Positions 52,973 through 63,483 of a stretch of 64,000 nt of DNA are shown piece by piece. The stretch is from IMG/VR virus record IMGVR_UViG_3300013121_000027, positions 32,001-96,000 of that record, one strand, 5' to 3'. The position numbers and the translations under genes were made by a program. Each line of letters opens with the position of its first letter. Position 1 is the first letter of the stretch. This stretch comes from a virus. Taxonomy: Duplodnaviria > Caudoviricetes. A model generated the notes under the pieces. The model saw only the letters and a list, made by a program, of their open reading frames with translations, was not told where the DNA came from and did no database searches.

Positions 52973-53728
52973 ATGACAAGAATCTTACTCGCAGGCGATA
53001 TACACGCCTCTCATTATCAAATAAAACTTTTAATTGAGAAAGCGCAACAATCTCATTGTACTCATATCATAGCCCTTGGGGATTTTGGATTTTTCCCTGG
53101 CAATAGATACTTTAATGATTTCTTATCTAAAGTGAATTATATGGTTTGTGATGCGGGAATTCATTTCTGGTGGCTTGATGGGAACCATGAAAATCACGAC
53201 GCCTTAGATGTGATGACACAGGGTAGAAACGATCAGATGTTCATCACCTCTTATAATGGAACCAGTTATAGTAATATTTATTATCTCCCAAGAGGATATA
53301 GATTTGAACTTGACGATGTAAAATTTATGTCATATGGTGGAGCTTATTCCGTTGATAAAGATGGACGTACGCAAGGCTTTGATTGGTTCCCGCAGGAAGA
53401 ACCTGATATCGCACATATCTCTAATCTTTCAGACGATCCAGTTGATATTTTACTCACTCATGACATACCTTATGACGATGCTTTTGTTTATCATAATGAA
53501 AGCATTAGTCAACTTGAACACGGAATAAAAAGTCAAAAAATTAGAAAAAGACTTTTATATTTGGCGCAAAAAATAACACCACGATATTGCTTCGGAGGTC
53601 ATCATCATCGTAGAGTTACCTATAATATACTCCATCGTAAAGGCGTTGCAGAGTGCCACATTCTTAGTTGTGGTGGGAATGGTAATGATTCTTGGTTTAT
53701 TCTTGACACGGAAAAAATAAATAAGTAA
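52973..53728 (+). CDS. Calcineurin-like metallophosphoesterase
   Basis: GDIH, GDFG, DGNHEN, LLTHD.P, GHHH. Confidence 0.9.
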   Translation: MTRILLAGDIHASHYQIKLLIEKAQQSHCTHIIALGDFGFFPGNRYFNDFLSKVNYMVCDAGIHFWWLDGNHENHDALDVMTQGRNDQMFITSYNGTSYSNIYYLPRGYRFELDDVKFMSYGGAYSVDKDGRTQGFDWFPQEEPDIAHISNLSDDPVDILLTHDIPYDDAFVYHNESISQLEHGIKSQKIRKRLLYLAQKITPRYCFGGHHHRRVTYNILHRKGVAECHILSCGGNGNDSWFILDTEKINK

Positions 53729-53756
53729 TTATTATACTCATTAAGGATACAATAAT

Positions 53757-54791
53757 ATGTCTGTTGCGACAGAAGAACTTACAATTGAAAAAATAAGTAA
53801 TTTGACTAAGGAAAAGATTAAGCCATTGAGAGACATTGGTTTGATGGCTCTTCCTTATGCTCATGGACCTCTTGGTAAGAATATCTTTACGATGGCATTG
53901 GATCAAGATTCTGAAGTCTTGAGATTCTGGACTGGTACTGCGGATCTTAAGGTGGTTGATACGACTACTGAACCGAAGAAGCAAGCCGTTATTAGGGTTG
54001 TTGAATCTGGACATACTTTAACTTTTAAATGTCTTGTTCGTCGTGGAACAATCAATTATGCACAAATCGATACCACACAACAAAACATTATAGATCGTGC
54101 ACAAAAAATTACTCCTGGTCTTTTACAGCGACTCATCAATACAACTCTTCCTCCTAAAACTATTTTTAAAGTAGCGAATGCAAAAACAGTTTTGACTAAC
54201 CGAGGCAACTTCCATGATGTTGAGGTTGGTGAAAGATTTGATTGCTATATCACCATTGAAGCTACTGTTCCTGCTTTTGACGATTCTTTTTTGATTGGTT
54301 ATGATGAGCAGAAATGCTTTATTTCTCAACTTCCAGTTCATGTCAATAAGGTTAAGGATGCTTATAAAGTTCTTCGTCCTGAAGGAGTAAGCCCTAAGGC
54401 TTTACGCCAAGGTGAATGGTTCTTTAATCCAATAAAAGATCCTGCTCTTATCGCTAAGTTGAATAAGATTGAAGAGAAACAAGCTCCTGCAGCAGATAGA
54501 AGAGGCTTAACTGGGCTCGATACTATGTTTGCTCGCGATTACTATGTTAAACTTCGCAACAAACTTGGAACACAGCACGTAACCCCCTCCTCTATACTTC
54601 GTTCTTTAGCAAGAGGATCTTCGCATCATGCCAACTACATTGATCATGCTGGTAAGAGATATGTAAAGGGTTCTGTTGTGGATTCTCGCAAAGCACGTCA
54701 TGCTCCATTAGAAATAAAGACCTGGCATGAAGTAATACGTAATCTTGAGAAGGTAATGCCAGTGACTGCTCGCCCCCGTAGATGGGATTAA
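53757..54791 (+). CDS. Conserved hypothetical phage protein (RQGEWFF motif)
   Basis: LIGYDE...F...LP...L.P...RQGEWFF.P...H. Confidence 0.6.
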   Translation: MSVATEELTIEKISNLTKEKIKPLRDIGLMALPYAHGPLGKNIFTMALDQDSEVLRFWTGTADLKVVDTTTEPKKQAVIRVVESGHTLTFKCLVRRGTINYAQIDTTQQNIIDRAQKITPGLLQRLINTTLPPKTIFKVANAKTVLTNRGNFHDVEVGERFDCYITIEATVPAFDDSFLIGYDEQKCFISQLPVHVNKVKDAYKVLRPEGVSPKALRQGEWFFNPIKDPALIAKLNKIEEKQAPAADRRGLTGLDTMFARDYYVKLRNKLGTQHVTPSSILRSLARGSSHHANYIDHAGKRYVKGSVVDSRKARHAPLEIKTWHEVIRNLEKVMPVTARPRRWD

Positions 54792-55037
54792 TAAGTAGAC
54801 ATAATGGATATAGTTGTCTATACTATAATGTGGTGGGGCGGATATGATGAACCTGCAGTTTTTATGTCCGCCGATCCACAACAGATAAAGAAAAAATATG
54901 ACGAGTGGAATGAACTTATGAGTGATGAGGATCTTGTTTCTATTTATTTATGGAGCAAGAATCTTCCCACTTCTGAATATTCTCCCACTCAAATAGATAT
55001 AGAAGATCTAATAGATATAGAATAACTATAAAGGTTT

Positions 55038-55116
55038 GCCTCAGTATCGGTCCGGGTTTCTACCCCGTCATTAACACCGTAATTGGAGTATGCAGGTTCG
55101 AATCCTGTCTGAGGTA
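55038..55116 (+). tRNA. Non-canonical tRNA-like RNA, anticodon TCT (Arg), no conventional D arm
   Basis: GCCTCAG/CTGAGGT-A; CGGG-TTTCTAC-CCCG; GCAGG-TTCGAAT-CCTGT; TAATTGG lies 3' of the anticodon arm. Confidence 0.7.
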
Positions 55117-55531
55117 CTAAGTGAAAGGTGAAATTATGCAACCAATATCAGAAGATTTCGCAGCAGCCATTTTTACTAAAGCTATTAAAGAGCATAAAGC
55201 AGCTGAACTATTAGAATTGTTATTCGAAGGTGGTTCAGTTACACTTGATCACAATACTGGAGATTTAGTTATGATCTCCGCCGACCTACTTGATGACATA
55301 TTGAAAGGATATTAATGTCAACAGTTCCTGATCTTTTAGAAAATGCATTAAAAACAATAGATACAATGCTTGCGGATTTTAGTCATACCTCAATTGCTTC
55401 TACTTCACAAGTAAATGATGGTCTATTAGATCTACGTCTTACTATTGTTCAAGTACAAAATTTAAGAGATCAGGAAATTGATTTCGCACTTGATAATGTT
55501 GCAGAAGCGACACCATCTATAGTGTAATTTG

Positions 55532-55615
55532 GGAGAGATGACCGAGCGGACTAAGGTGATTGTCTTGAAAACAATTGGGTTAATAGCCCCGTGGGTTCGA
55601 ATCCTACTCTCTCCG
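55532..55615 (+). tRNA. tRNA-Ser(TGA)
   Basis: GGAGAGA/TCTCTCC-G; ATTGT-CTTGAAA-ACAAT; long variable arm. Confidence 0.9.
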
Positions 55616-55786
55616 CGAAAGTTCTGCTGACATACCAGAGCTAATTTATATCACTAAGGGTTTGTGTGACAATGAGAGCTTGTTACGCCAAGGAAAAGGA
55701 CCGTTCTTATTAGTGGTATATCTAAATGGGAACGGTGGTTTTAACCACTCCAGGTATATCCTGGAGACCCACCAAGTATGTTATTT

Positions 55787-55862
55787 GCGGATATGATGTT
55801 TAACGGCAGCATGAAACTCTTCCAAAGTTTTCGTGTCGGTTCGAATCCGACTATCCGCTCCA
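55787..55862 (+). tRNA. tRNA-Gly(TCC) with encoded CCA
   Basis: GCGGATA/TATCCGC-T-CCA; AAACT-CTTCCAA-AGTTT. Confidence 0.9.
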
Positions 55863-56874
55863 TGTCAAAGACTCCAGATACAATTTTATTAATTGCAGAA
55901 GACATACAAGATATAATAAGTAAATAATTATGGAGATGACTAATATGAACACGTCAACAGATGACATTCTCATAGAAGAAATCCATCAACTTAATGTCCT
56001 TTTATCCGACTTAGCTAAAGCTTTAATAACTGCAAGAAATTCTCCACCTGAACTTATTAATATTGTTCATCAAAAACTAAAGGGACAAAATGTTCCTTTC
56101 ACTATTAAAGAAATAATACAACAAGTTGATGATGAAATAGATTTTGTTAAACTTCATCGTTCAGATTTTTTAGAAGCTTATGGTATACATGGTATAGAAG
56201 ATAAAGACCTATTTTAGAAGGTGATTGAAATGGCAATAGTTAAATACATTATTCCGGCAGCACACATAGTTGTATCTTGTGAAGAAGGTACAGATGTAAC
56301 TCAGGCATTAGGGGACCTATTATATGTTGGTGCTGAATGGGATGATGAGAAAACTAAGTTTCAAGTATTAGAACTCGATACTAAAAATATTTTTCCATCA
56401 ATCTAATTGATCCTTCTGGCGAATTACTATTCCAATTCCAGTAGGCAGATCATAGCTAATAAGCCGCCAACCATAATCCCCAAGTTCGTTTAGCTTATCT
56501 GATAATTTAAATGATTCGCAGATAAAGACTGTATATTCCCATCGTATCATAATCTTCTATAGTACTCCTGAATTATAAAGAAAACCTATGGCTAAGAAAT
56601 CTTCTAATACTGTATATTGTTTGCTTACAATCGGCACAAGACCTGATGGCTCAACCTTTAAACATACATCTAAACTCTATTCAACTCTAAATTATATTTA
56701 TGGATATTATCGTAGATATGCAACCTATGAAGAAAAAAATAGACAACAGGATATAGAATTAAATCGTACTGATAGAATACGGTATGAATATGTTCTATTA
56801 AAAGCCGATTTAAATTGGGTTAACGCAGAAGATCCTGTTCAACAAAAATTGTTTAGTTAATATAAGGATTTTTA

Positions 56875-57192
56875 ATGCCAATAGAATTACAACCTGATGC
56901 TCTTACAAAATTAGAACCTGGCGCTCTTAGGGTTTGGTGGATCCCCCAAATTCCAATGGAATCTTTTTACGTTAGAGTTTTAAACTTACGTGAAGCATTT
57001 CTTCTTGAAATTACTCTTGCCAGTTATGACAACTTTCAATTCATAAATAATATTAAACCCCATTATTCCAATGCGGGTGGAACTCAACGTTGGGAAGAAA
57101 ATGGTGAAGGTGGTTACGGTTGGTTTGATGTAGATTGGGAATATGAAGTTGATCAAGGTAATGTTATTTTGGATGATACAACCTTACAGTAG
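56875..57192 (+). CDS. Conserved phage protein, often annotated as superinfection exclusion
   Basis: LRVWWIPQIPM..FYV.V...EA...LA.YD.FQ..N.IKP.YSNAGG. Confidence 0.5.
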   Translation: MPIELQPDALTKLEPGALRVWWIPQIPMESFYVRVLNLREAFLLEITLASYDNFQFINNIKPHYSNAGGTQRWEENGEGGYGWFDVDWEYEVDQGNVILDDTTLQ

Positions 57193-57435
57193 TAGTCAAA
57201 GTGGTTAGGGAAACATGAATATTTATATTCTTTTTTATGGCTCATATTATTATCCAAAGGGAGGATGGAAAGATTTAGCCCTAAAATGGAATGCGTTTGG
57301 TTCATTAAATTTGATGAGAAAACGTGCAAAAATAGCATTTGAAAACAATCCCCGTCTTGACTGGTATCATATAGTTTCATTTGGTTTAACAAGGTTTCCT
57401 GCTGAAATCATAGAAGAAGGCAGCAGAGAAGATTT

Positions 57436-57478
57436 GGGGCTATAGCTCAATTGGTAGAGCACTTGCTTTGCAAGTGAA
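57436..57478 (+). pseudogene. 5' half of an interrupted tRNA-Ala(TGC)
   Basis: GGGGCTA TA GCTC AATTGGTA GAGC A CTTGC TTTGCAA GTGAA. Confidence 0.8.
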
Positions 57479-57958
57479 GCGACCCGATTTTGTTAAAAAA
57501 TGTCGCTCTTCGTGACATGTAGGGCATATGCAAACAAGATTATCTACTTTATTATTTGTTCTATCTCTATCTATATGATGAACATGTAGAATTTGTGGTA
57601 TTTTATTGTATCCACAATCTTCACAATAATTTTTTTTTGCAAAACTATAATCTCCACTTCCAGTTCCATAATGTCGTGGCATAATCTCCTTAACTCCACC
57701 AATTCTTTGTGCTAAATCTTTATGATTTCTACAGCAAAAATATAATCCAGACTTTGAATTTTTCTTTTTTGAATTATTCATATAAAATTTTTTATTACAA
57801 TAAGAACAGAACACATTTGGCTCTAATTCTTTTTTATTTTTTCGTTTGAATTTACTAGAACAACTTACAGAGCAAAATTTTCCATGTCCTCTATTTATAT
57901 ATCTTGGTTCTGTTAAGAATTTCTTATTGCATTGTAAACAATTTTTTTCTATTTGCAT
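57440..57958 (-). CDS. HNH endonuclease, antisense, inside the split tRNA-Ala (start revised to MQIEK)
   Basis: CxxC..F.....FCS..C repeats; CEDCG...LHVHHIDRDRTNN..DNL..ICPTCH...H; GAGGA RBS on the minus strand. Confidence 0.85.
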   Translation of the reverse strand: MQIEKNCLQCNKKFLTEPRYINRGHGKFCSVSCSSKFKRKNKKELEPNVFCSYCNKKFYMNNSKKKNSKSGLYFCCRNHKDLAQRIGGVKEIMPRHYGTGSGDYSFAKKNYCEDCGYNKIPQILHVHHIDRDRTNNKVDNLVCICPTCHEERHFLTKSGRFTCKASALPIEL

Positions 57959-57969
57959 TGGGTCCTCTT

Positions 57970-58041
57970 GGGGGTATAGTATAATCGGCAATACAGTAGC
58001 TTTGCAAGCTTCAGTCCTCGGATCGTAACCGGGTACCTCCA
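57970..58041 (+). tRNA. tRNA-Ala(TGC), intact copy inside the insert, with an atypical T loop
   Basis: GGGGGTA/TACCTCC with G3:U70; GTAGC-TTTGCAA-GCTTC; CTCGG-ATCGTAA-CCGGG. Confidence 0.8.
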
Positions 58042-58061
58042 CTATAGTAAAGGATTAAGAG

Positions 58062-58096
58062 GTGAATTGCATGGGGTTCGATCCCCCATAGCTCCA
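58062..58096 (+). pseudogene. 3' half of the interrupted tRNA-Ala
   Basis: GTGAA TTGCA TGGGG-TTCGATC-CCCCA TAGCTCC A; TAGCTCC pairs with GGGGCTA at 57436. Confidence 0.8.
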
Positions 58097-58947
58097 CTAT
58101 GGAAACAAATAAAGTAATAACAGAATTTAAATCAGAACGTGAAAAAGAAATAAATATCATGACCAATGCTGTTGCTTGGTTTATTGGTACATATAATATG
58201 GATCCAAAACCACCAGTAATAGATATGAATGATGCCGATACTGAAATGTATTTAGCGGCAGTTACTCGCGCCTATGATATGTTAGAAGCGTATAGGCAAA
58301 CCTCTAAAGAAAATAGGCAAGCAATGATCGCTGAAGATTATAAAAACTTTTTGAAAGAACAAGATAACTATGCGGAAGCGACAGAAACGCAAAATAATAA
58401 ATCGCTTGAATAAATTTCAAGTAAGGGATATGATGGAGAATAAGTTACGCGCAAAACTTATTCAATCAAGTAAAATATATAAAAGAAGCCAAGGTAAAGC
58501 CAAATTTCATGAAGAAGATTAAATGAAGCACTGTTGTTTTTCCGGATGTAACATTCTAACCTGTGGTCATTGCATCCGTGAATGGTGCAGTTGTGCTTAT
58601 TTACCGCCGAAACCAACTACTCCTCCACCTACTATTCAGAATAGAGCAAAACCCCAAATTCCAAGAGTCGATATCTACCAAGCCAGAGTTGGTCCACTTA
58701 TTTACGAATCCGAAGAACAAAGAATTCGCCGTCTTTCAAATGATCATTCTACTTCCCTTGAAGAACAAGTAAATCAAAAATGGGGAAGAGGTATGTTTGA
58801 TTGGACTATAGGTAAAGTTAGAAATAATGAAAAAGATCTTTGGTTTTGGTATTGCGGTGATGGCGAAAATAAGCAATGGAAACATAGTGGTTTAGCTAAT
58901 ACTATAAATGAAGCATTACAAGCAATGATAGATTTACCATAAAACAA

Positions 58948-59028
58948 GCCCACTTGGTGGAATGGCATACACGAATGCCTTAGGAGCATTTGCCGAGAGG
59001 CATGCGAGTTCGACTCTCGCAGTGGGCA
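58948..59028 (+). tRNA. tRNA-Leu(TAG)
   Basis: GCCCACT/AGTGGGC; AATGC-CTTAGGA-GCATT; variable arm. Confidence 0.9.
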
Positions 59029-60108
59029 CTATGCAAGTAACAAAGACGTATAACTTATTAAACCTTAATGATGATGAGGTTAGATTTTTAATTCATACAC
59101 TGGATAATTCTGGTCCCTATCCTACAGGATCACCACAAGAATTGTTGCATGCGAAAATGCACAATCAACTAATTTCTACTTATCAAGGTGAAGATGTGCC
59201 CAATTTGTGATGGATGAATGTGAGCATATTCTTGAGTATTACGATGATGAATACGATTCATTAGCAAATGGTGGATCGTATGAAATTTATAAATGTAAAA
59301 ATTGTGGGAAGTGTGAATATTCCCAACTTCCAGATTGAGGATTTATGTTAGACTTAGAAGTAATTCAAACTGATGACGTCCCTAAAGATGCAATTGAATG
59401 GTTAAATAAAGGTTATACTTTAAATACTGTATTTCTTTCTATTTCTGGACCAAATCAATTAACTGGATTTTATAATGGAGAGTTAGTTTGCGCCGAAGCA
59501 TATAAGTATGATTATTTAGAATGCCCATCTTATTATGCGTATTATAATAAATCAAAAGAATACTATCTATCCCGTACTTTAAGTGGCGTACCACGTCAAT
59601 ATCGTTCAGGTGCGAAAAAAGTTGATTTTAGAGTTAAAACTTTTGCAACTAAAAATGAGATAAGCGAGTTTGCAGTTCGCCAAAAACTTCTTTCCTCTAC
59701 TGTAATAACTAAAATTAAGGGTGGATTATCTTCTTTATTTGAAGGTCCCACTACTACTTATAAAACTACGGTATAATAATGTTAATATCAGAAGTTATAA
59801 AGAAATTAGAAATAATTCAATTTCAACTTGGTGATGTACAAGTCTTTATGGGTTCATATTATCAAGATCTTCCAGTCGAAGATATAATTGTTGAAGATAA
59901 CTATCCTCTTATTTTAAATAAAGAACATATGTTTCCTCAATATAAAAATCCTAATCCAACTGAAACTCTTGATTCTCTTGAAGTATTTTTTGCTTTTGAA
60001 TGTCCCAATTGTAATTCTCCAGTTGATGGACCATACAATGAGAATGTAGTCTGTGGGGAATGTAATTGCAAGTTTTTAGTTCCACATCCTTCAACAATTA
60101 ATTATTAA

Positions 60109-60182
60109 GCCTCCATAGGCAAACTGGCAAAGCCGCGATACTCAAGATATCGTGTCTCTGAGTTCGACTCTCAGTGGAGGTA
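60109..60182 (+). tRNA. tRNA-Leu(CAA) with a short variable region
   Basis: GCCTCCA/TGGAGGT-A; CGATA-CTCAAGA-TATCG; CTGAG-TTCGACT-CTCAG. Confidence 0.85.
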
Positions 60183-60755
60183 CTTATGGCACAAGATCAA
60201 GAAATTCCCCAGCACCTAAATTATATAGAATCTAAACGTGGATTTAAACTTTATCCATATATTGCCGGTAGATACGAAGGAACTGCTATTAGATTGTCTG
60301 AATCTAATATACCAGATCCTCCTGGATGTTTAATATCCCTTTCTTCTTTAAATAAGTTAGCAGACTCGTTTGGATTGACCAGTAACCCAGAAGACATTAA
60401 CGCAGTAGTTGTGATAATGGATATGGATGATGCTGTTAAATTTGCGGAGCAGATTTTAGATTTGCGCAACAATCACAGTTACTATAATAAACTCCTATGA
60501 CAATAAAACAAAAATATAAAACAATTACAGTTTTTGATATCGTCAATTCTAAAGGCGATAAAATTACATTAACTGCGGACGAATTTTTGTCGACTTGGTT
60601 TCTTTAGTAAAAGATGCGGACTGGGCTACCGTCAATCAAGTTCAAACACAAATTTATGAAGAGATTCAACAACGCATAGTTGCCAATCGAAAGAGAGAGC
60701 AACTCGAATACGACGCAAGGGAAGCAAGAAATAACACACCTGGTTAGGAGCAACT

Positions 60756-61136
60756 ATGGGTATGTTTGATTATGTTAAAGTGGAATATGAATTGCCAGAA
60801 AATTTAAAACATCTTCAAGACGAATCTTTTCAAACTAAAGATTTCGATTGCGCCATGTTCGAATTTACTATTACAAAAGATGGTAAATTAATTCGTCACC
60901 AATATGAATATCGCACACTAAACGATACCGAAAAGGCAGTTTATGGTGAAAAGAAGTTCATGCCCATCATGAAAAGAACTGGCGAAGTAAATAATGTAGT
61001 TGTTCCTATTCATGGAGACTATTGTATCTATGCTGGATCTCCCTTACAGGATATCTTTGTTCGCTTTACTCATGGTCAATTAGAGGAGATTCGTGAGTGG
61101 CGCGAAACAGATTTAGTCTTTGATAAATTCTGGTAA
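60756..61136 (+). CDS. Conserved phage hypothetical protein (MGMFD...FQTKD type)
   Basis: MGMFDYV...FQTKDF.C....F.I..DG.L...F..G.L; GGAG RBS. Confidence 0.65.
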   Translation: MGMFDYVKVEYELPENLKHLQDESFQTKDFDCAMFEFTITKDGKLIRHQYEYRTLNDTEKAVYGEKKFMPIMKRTGEVNNVVVPIHGDYCIYAGSPLQDIFVRFTHGQLEEIREWRETDLVFDKFW

Positions 61137-61222
61137 ACCACTCTGGGAGTTTAGTGAGAATCTAAACACAGCGTTCAGGGAGAGTGGCACAGGGGATAGA
61201 GTGAACGTAGTCCCTCATTACT

Positions 61223-61296
61223 GTGGGTATGGTAATGGTTAACCGGCACGGCTCCAACCCGTCGCATAGGAAGAGGTTCGATTCCTTTTACCCGCG
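61223..61296 (+). tRNA. tRNA-Trp(CCA) with atypical geometry
   Basis: GTGGGTA/TACCCGC-G; ACGG-CTCCAAC-CCGT; AGAGG-TTCGATT-CCTTT. Confidence 0.7.
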
Positions 61297-61953
61297 CTAT
61301 GACACTATCTGTTTCTTATACTTTAGATAATCCAGACCATGAAAATTTAACTATTTATTTTTTTGAAGAAATTAAAACTTTTTCAGTACAAAAATCTAGC
61401 GTGGAAATTGCCTATGGGTCTTTTAATTACGATAAATCCAATCAGAAATATTATTTTAACGCTAAATTAATTATTAATTCTGAGAATGAAACTTTTATCT
61501 TTGAAGGAACCAAAATAGATTTTGCTATGCATATATTTGATATTTTTAATAAACAAGTTTCATTACAAAAACAAATAGTCGAACCACCCTTTGATTTTTG
61601 AAGGATATAGATGACAATAAAATTTAATTTTCGCGATTCAATTTCTTTTGAAATAGAATTACGAGATGGTACTCTAAATGAGAAAGTTATAGGTGTTGGT
61701 ACCGCCACACCAAATTATGATCGCTTTGAATTCTTCTTTGAAGATATAGATTCTATCCCTCTATGTCGCTTCACTTTTGTTGGCTCTATGGTTGAAGCCG
61801 CTAATAAAGTTGAAGAAGTATATAATGCGATAAAAGATACCAAGGAATTAAAATTTCAAATTTGCCCTACTTGTAAAGGTGATTGGCAAGGTGTAATGCG
61901 CCAATATACAAAAGGCGAAATTTGTACTGTCTGCAATAAAGGAAAAGTTTCAA

Positions 61954-62505
61954 TTGAATAAATATGTATTCCATGATATAGATGATGTATTACTACCGTG
62001 GGATTTTCCCAATCTAAAGTGGCTATCTGATCATACTGGATTTGATGATTGGCAAAAACACAAGCATCCTAATATGAATTATGTTAGCTACGAAATGCTC
62101 AATATGATTCATGCGCGATATGGTGAACACATAGTGTGGTTAACTACTTGGGAACTTCATGGATTTGGTGCAAATAAAAACTTTTGTGACTCATTAGGTT
62201 TGCCACATTATAAAGAGATTCCATTTATTGGAGATTACTACAAGGCTCTTGGTAGTGGGTTATATGTATCCGGCAATGATGCCGGATACTGGTGGAAATC
62301 TACTATGCTTTTAAAATATCTTGAAGGATTAGAAGACCAAGATTATAAAGCTGTTTGGATTGATGATGAAATCGCCAATCAAATTAATTTAAATGGTTCA
62401 GTCCATGAAGAACTTATTAATAATCCAAAGCTATTAAAGATAACTACTAAAGGCGCAATAACAAAAAACCAAATACAGCAAGTAAAAGATTGGTTAGATT
62501 CTTAA
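61954..62505 (+). CDS. HAD-family phosphatase (RNA-repair HAD_SAK-like)
   Basis: DIDDVL; WLTTW; WWK; VWIDD. Confidence 0.75.
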   Translation: MNKYVFHDIDDVLLPWDFPNLKWLSDHTGFDDWQKHKHPNMNYVSYEMLNMIHARYGEHIVWLTTWELHGFGANKNFCDSLGLPHYKEIPFIGDYYKALGSGLYVSGNDAGYWWKSTMLLKYLEGLEDQDYKAVWIDDEIANQINLNGSVHEELINNPKLLKITTKGAITKNQIQQVKDWLDS

Positions 62506-63401
62506 TGGGATACATTAAACATAATGCAATCATAGTCACTTCTTTTGATGTAGTTCATTTACACACAATCTATGATTTAGCTTATGATATATTTTACGCT
62601 GGAGAAGGTTGGAATATAATTTCTCCAATCATGCAATCCCCAATAAATTCATATCAATCTTTCTTTATAGCTCCAGATGGAAGTAAAGAAGGTTGGGGTG
62701 ATTCTCATAAAGGTGACGAACTTAGGCAACAATTTAAGGATGAAGCCAAAGCTTTAAACTTGTTTGTTGATATTGTTGAAGTTGCTTATGGCGGAGATGA
62801 TCCACAACAAGCTTGTATAATTGACACTGTAGAATATGAAGAGCCTGAATTTCTTGAAGGTGATGAAGAACCTACAGTTGCTATAGATTGGGATCTTAAT
62901 CTTCCTCCTGAAGATTTTGAAATTGACACTATCCCTATGAATAAAATAGTAATTTTTAACAATGTCAATGAAATTATCCTTCATTATGAAGATCCATTTG
63001 CTGCTGGTGCAAAAATTGAAATTCCCCAACCAATGAAATTAGATAAGCCAGATAAGGAGGATCTGTTTTAGATGGGTGTATTTGATTATTTTGTAGTGCC
63101 CAATAATCCTCATTTAGCTCAATTAAAATGTTGGAATCCCGAATTCAAAACATATCGAATTGGCGACAGAGTTCCAGCTTTAATAAAGGACAACCATTCT
63201 ATTCAAATGCGCGAAAAGGACTATGGATGGATTAACTTAGTATATGATGCTATGTATGATAATGCTGTGATTTTTAATGTTACTCCACTTCCTAAAACAA
63301 GATATTTATTTGATAAATTTGGAGAGACAATAGAAGATTGGATGTTGCCTCCAGTTAAACCAGTAGAGCAAAAAGAAAAGTTTGATTTTTAAATAATTCA
63401 T

Positions 63402-63483
63402 GGGTGAGCGGTCACGATGGCGAGTGGCACCTGGCTGTAAACCAGACGCTTCGGCTAAGTAGGTTCGAATCCTATCTCACCCA
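63402..63483 (+). tRNA. tRNA-Tyr(GTA)
   Basis: GGGTGAG/CTCACCC-A; CTGG-CTGTAAA-CCAG; GC-TTCG-GC variable arm; 5 bp D stem. Confidence 0.85.

Noticed and set aside
57479-58061. Group I intron in tRNA-Ala
   Set aside because: The insert is almost entirely antisense HNH plus a second tRNA, leaving no room for a ribozyme core, and the break is not at the usual anticodon-loop position
6298-60185. Track start codons at 6298, 12151, 16033, 50119, 58042 (minus), 58962 and 60174
   Set aside because: They lie inside tRNA genes; ATGs just past the tRNAs are the likelier starts
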